Below, piece after piece: positions 45,770 through 49,851 of a stretch of DNA of 49,851 bases. The notes beneath the pieces were generated by a model that worked only from the letters and a program-made list of their open reading frames with translations, was not told where the DNA came from and ran no database searches. This DNA is from Octopus bimaculoides (lineage: Eukaryota). The stretch is from contig NC_068983.1 in assembly GCF_001194135.2 (NCBI RefSeq), positions 49,656,298 through 49,706,148 of the forward strand, given 5' to 3'. The number at the start of each line of letters is the position of its first letter. The first letter of the stretch is position 1. Made by a program: the position numbers and the translations under genes.

Positions 45770-46485
45770 GAGCTATGGCAGTGGAGTGTAAATTACAGGT
45801 AGAGCCTCCCATGGAGGACAGATCAAAGGATAGAAGCCATTTCTTTTCTCCAGAGGTAAAAATGGGTTTGTCAGAGCCAAAACTGCTTACCGAGAATAAA
45901 TCATAATTACAGAAGCATTAATGACAATTCAAAACCAGGAAGAACTGGATGGGGTGGGGTGTAAAAAAAAGACAACCTATAGTCAAGAATATTGAAGAAA
46001 AGTTATTGATAGTCTATGCTCATTAAGGAGTAAAGGACTTAAGTAAATAAACATTTAAGAGTTGCAGGGGGAAAAGCAGGTGGGTATATTCCAGGTGTGC
46101 TAGGTGTGTGCTGCACACCTATCAAAAATGGAAATTCATTATAAATATTAACCTTACTCGTTAATTTAATCCTATATCTTAATGGAAAACATGTTATATT
46201 CCTGCTTGGAATTTGGTGGCATTGGGTGTGACAGAACTCCCAGTACAGTAACCCTCATATGCCACCGAGAAAAAGTACAGCTGATAATTTCTTACATAGA
46301 TGAAAATCCAAGGAGGAGGAACTGTCAGTGATAAGGATACAGGAAAATGCCTGGTATATTTCAGGTTGGGTAAGCAACGTTTTGAAATATGAAATTCATT
46401 ACAATATATTCCAACAAGGCAGAATTTTTATTCATGGATGTAAGTACCATTAAAATCAACACATTTTTACCAAAGAGTTGCAAGG

Positions 46486-46887
46486 TTTACTCTTTTACTT
46501 GTTTCAGTCATTTGACTGTGGCCATGCTGGAGCACTGCCTTTCGTCGAGCAAATCGACCCCAGGACTCATTCTGTGTAAGCCTAGTACTTATTCTATCGG
46601 TTTCTTTGCCGAACTGCTAAGTTACGGAAATGTAAACGCCAGCATCGGTTGTCAAGCGATGTTGGAGGGACAAACACAGACACACAAACGCATACACATA
46701 CATTTATATATACACATACATATATACGACAAGCTGTCAGTTTCTGTCTATCAAATCCACTCACAAGGCTTTGGTCGGCCCGAGGCTATAGTAGAAGATA
46801 CTTGCCCAAGGTGACATGCAGTGGGACTGAACCAGGAACCATGTAGTTGGTAAGCAAGCTACTTACCACACAGCCTCTCCTACGCCT
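46486..46887 (-). mobile_element. SINE family C, full length
   Basis: Complete head (tRNA-like A and B boxes), internal short microsatellite and (AAAAGAGT)n tail on minus. Confidence 0.9.
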
Positions 46888-48220
46888 ATATGATATCTTG
46901 TAATTCCTGGAAATGTAGAAAGAAAAATCAACCACTGAACAATTTGAGCTCAGAAAATAAATAAAATCATTAAATACTTCTAAGCATTTAACCAGACAAG
47001 TGATTCACAATCCACCAAGTACATGTAACTATTTTGGAGAGCATACGGCGATGTTGTGTAGTGAAAAAAAAAGGCTTAAGATGGTTAAGAATCCGAATTG
47101 TCTGCTTCCTAATTATCGTTTTCCGACATGAGTGCCTTAACGTCAAACAAGCATTAGAAGAAATATTAATATGTTGACATAGAGATAATGCTTTGTGGTA
47201 TCAGGACGGCGGCGGCGGTGGTGGTGGTGGTGGTGGTGGATAATAAATGCTTTTCAAATGTGTCTTGTGTCCTAAATAACTAAGTATGCATGTGTGATTT
47301 ATGATTGATATATATATATATATACATATATAAATTATATTTCTGAAAGCACAAAAAAGATATCAGTGAGCATTTTGTATTTAATACTGACCCTAACAAA
47401 CACATGCTTGTCTACGAACAGTCCATAATGTTATCTGGATGATAGGATGTATTTAATTCTTTCAGAAAAACCATCGGCAGAATACATCACTTTTGTCCTG
47501 TGCTATATGAAATTCTTTCGTTATCTACAACCGGTTGGAAATTATTGAAGAATAAATGACAACATTAGATCTGAAACAAATGATATCGTTCCTGTTTCCT
47601 CTCATATGAGATTAGAATAGTTGATCTGTCCAGATAATAAAAACCTGTTCAGTAGTTAAACATCAAATACTCATGTTATGTTGACAATAACCAAAACAAG
47701 CAGCTAAAAAAAAAAAAAAATAATAATATATAAACCTAGTGACGATGTTTGTTTTGCACAGATATACATTGTGTTTGTAACACAAGTCTATGAAGAGATT
47801 TTATCACAGACAACTACACAGTTTGATGCTTTCTCATTATGTGCATACATTTAATAAAACACACAGATGGTAATTTTCATTCAGTGCTGTTTCAATGACA
47901 CAAACCAATTTTTTACAGCCTGGCAAGCTTCTACAATACCAGTTAATGATTTATCCACTGTTTTCTAAATGCTGAGGCAAAGATTTCATTTAGTATGACA
48001 CACAGATGTTGGTCACAAAATATATATTTTTACAATTATGGAACGCTTGCCAATTTGTGTTGATATATGATTCAAAGACACTTAAATTGGATTAGTGTCT
48101 ATCATACTTGAAGAAGACAAGAACTGAACATCAGCTGGTACTTGATGGTAGGTACACAACTAGACAGTGTCTCTGAAAGTAATAATGAAAACATGGATTC
48201 TATAATAAATATATGGATTC

Positions 48221-48260
<40 letters not shown>

Positions 48261-48262
<2 letters not shown>

Positions 48263-48320
48263 GAGAATGTACGAAAATAACAACAGACGAGGACAGGTGG
48301 TGTAAACAACAAAAGGGTGT
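48261..48320. mobile_element. Terminal fragment of the 35406-35827 family
   Basis: GGGAGAATGTACGAAAATAACAACAGACGAGGACAGGTGGTGTAAAC matches the reverse complement of 35780-35827, also directly next to (TA)n. Confidence 0.65.
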
Positions 48321-49851
48321 ATATATATATATAAACAAATAGTAAATGAGTATATGCATATATACGTACAGGTATGTGCATACCGACATCCACCTGTATG
48401 TATAGGTGCATATCTGGGTACAGGACATTGCNNNNNNNNNNNNNNNNNNNNNNNNNNNNNNNNNNNNNNNNNNNNNNNNNNNNNNNNNNNNNNNNNNNNN
48501 NNNNNNNNNNNNNNNNNNNNNNNNNNNNNNNNNNNNNNNNNNNNNNNNNNNNNNNNNNNNNNNNNNNNNNNNNNNNNNNNNNNNNNNNNNNNNNNNNNNN
48601 NNNNNNNNNNNNNNNNNNNNNNNNNNNNNNNNNNNNNNNNNNNNNNNNNNNNNNNNNNNNNNNNNNNNNNNNNNNNNNNNNNNNNNNNNNNNNNNNNNNN
48701 NNNNNNNNNNNNNNNNNNNNNNNNNNNNNNNNNNNNNNNNNNNNNNNNNNNNNNNNNNNNNNNNNNNNNNNNNNNNNNNNNNNNNNNNNNNNNNNNNNNN
48801 NNNNNNNNNNNNNNNNNNNNNNNNNNNNNNNNNNNNNNNNNNNNNNNNNNNNNNNNNNNNNNNNNNNNNNNNNNNNNGCAACCGTTACCAATATAGCATA
48901 AGAACTTACCTTAGGGGATCATTAATTAGATTCCTTAAGGGTCGTTCTCACAGTTTACATTTATATTTCAATGTTTTTAACTTTTAAATTCGTATATTTA
49001 AAAGAAATAGAAACTTCAAACTCGATATATCCAATATCGATTTATTTACCACTCTATGTCAACATTTCTGTGCCCAAACTTATCCAGTGACTTGTCCATT
49101 CGATTTCCGACATTTGGCACTTCTTCAGGAATGGCTACCATCAGAACAATTTACAAAAAAACATATACATAACGATCATAATAAATTATTAAATTATTAA
49201 AATTTTGTTTACGTCCACCATTATTTTTCCGTTATTAGATATATATATATATATATAGGAGAGGTAACTCCTTAATTTTTCTATTGTTATTGCTCTCCTG
49301 TGAATGTCTACTAGATTAATTTATTTAATTAATTTATTTATTTATTCATTTATCTATTAATTTAGTTATTAATTTTTCAATGTATTATCTATTATCTCCT
49401 ATATGTCGACTATATTCATTGCCCCTAGAGGGTTCACATGTCTATTATTCCATTTTATATTATTATTGTTAGGTCTCTTTACTTTGCTAAGAGAGATCAC
49501 AGTTAAGCCATCAAACCTCCTAGGAATCATTACAAGCCCCTTTACTAAAAAAAATTTTATTAATATTTTGATATTTTATCATTCTTTGCTATTACCATTT
49601 TCTTCTATGGTTTTCATATAAAAACTTGACACTCATCTCTTCCTACTAAATGCTTAGTTATTTATTTTGTTCTCAGTTCTTACTTTTATTTCATATCTAC
49701 CCTTAATTTGGTAGAGTCACTTATTTACATTGTATTCGGAGATCAAACAATTAATTGTGTTGTACTATACTATATTACCTGTTCCTTTCTTTACCCGTAT
49801 ATATATATATATATACATATGTGGGCACAGAACATCATGAAATGTGTACAA

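Noticed and set aside
45800-46380. Possible second LINE ORF1 relic
   Set aside because: Fragmentary frames with no firm motif.
47450-47560. Strong plus acceptor TTTAATTCTTTCAG at ~47465 with ~27-30 open codons in two frames
   Set aside because: Both frames hit stops without a convincing donor, so a real frame cannot be chosen.

Overview
AT-rich eukaryotic intronic or intergenic DNA from a gapped short-read assembly, with seven N gaps, most of them inside (TA)n tracts. The SINE and RTE-tail families look like those of octopus (coleoid cephalopod) genomes; that attribution is inferred from recognition, not from a database search. No confident host gene was found, and almost all listed ORFs are artefacts of microsatellites, N gaps or SINEs. 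The one recognisable protein domain is a Penelope-like (PLE) GIY-YIG endonuclease with a Cys-rich linker (43329-43802, minus strand). The rest of the window consists of nested tRNA-derived SINEs (my working labels A, C, E, H), RTE-LINE 3' fragments (label R), two foldback MITEs, decayed mariner, hAT and LINE relics, and microsatellites. The most interesting signals are: (1) a tRNA-headed SINE whose 3' half carries a minimal, PLE-type hammerhead ribozyme motif (three decayed copies, two of them forming a ~570 bp head-to-head palindrome); (2) a second hammerhead-like palindromic element; (3) a PLE with an inverted 5' segment nested in a SINE microsatellite; (4) a 42-bp minisatellite derived from RTE coding sequence; (5) a perfect 95-bp templated insertion; (6) SINEs repeatedly stacked at the same site in their own head. 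A few splice-site-bounded candidate exons are reported at low confidence only.
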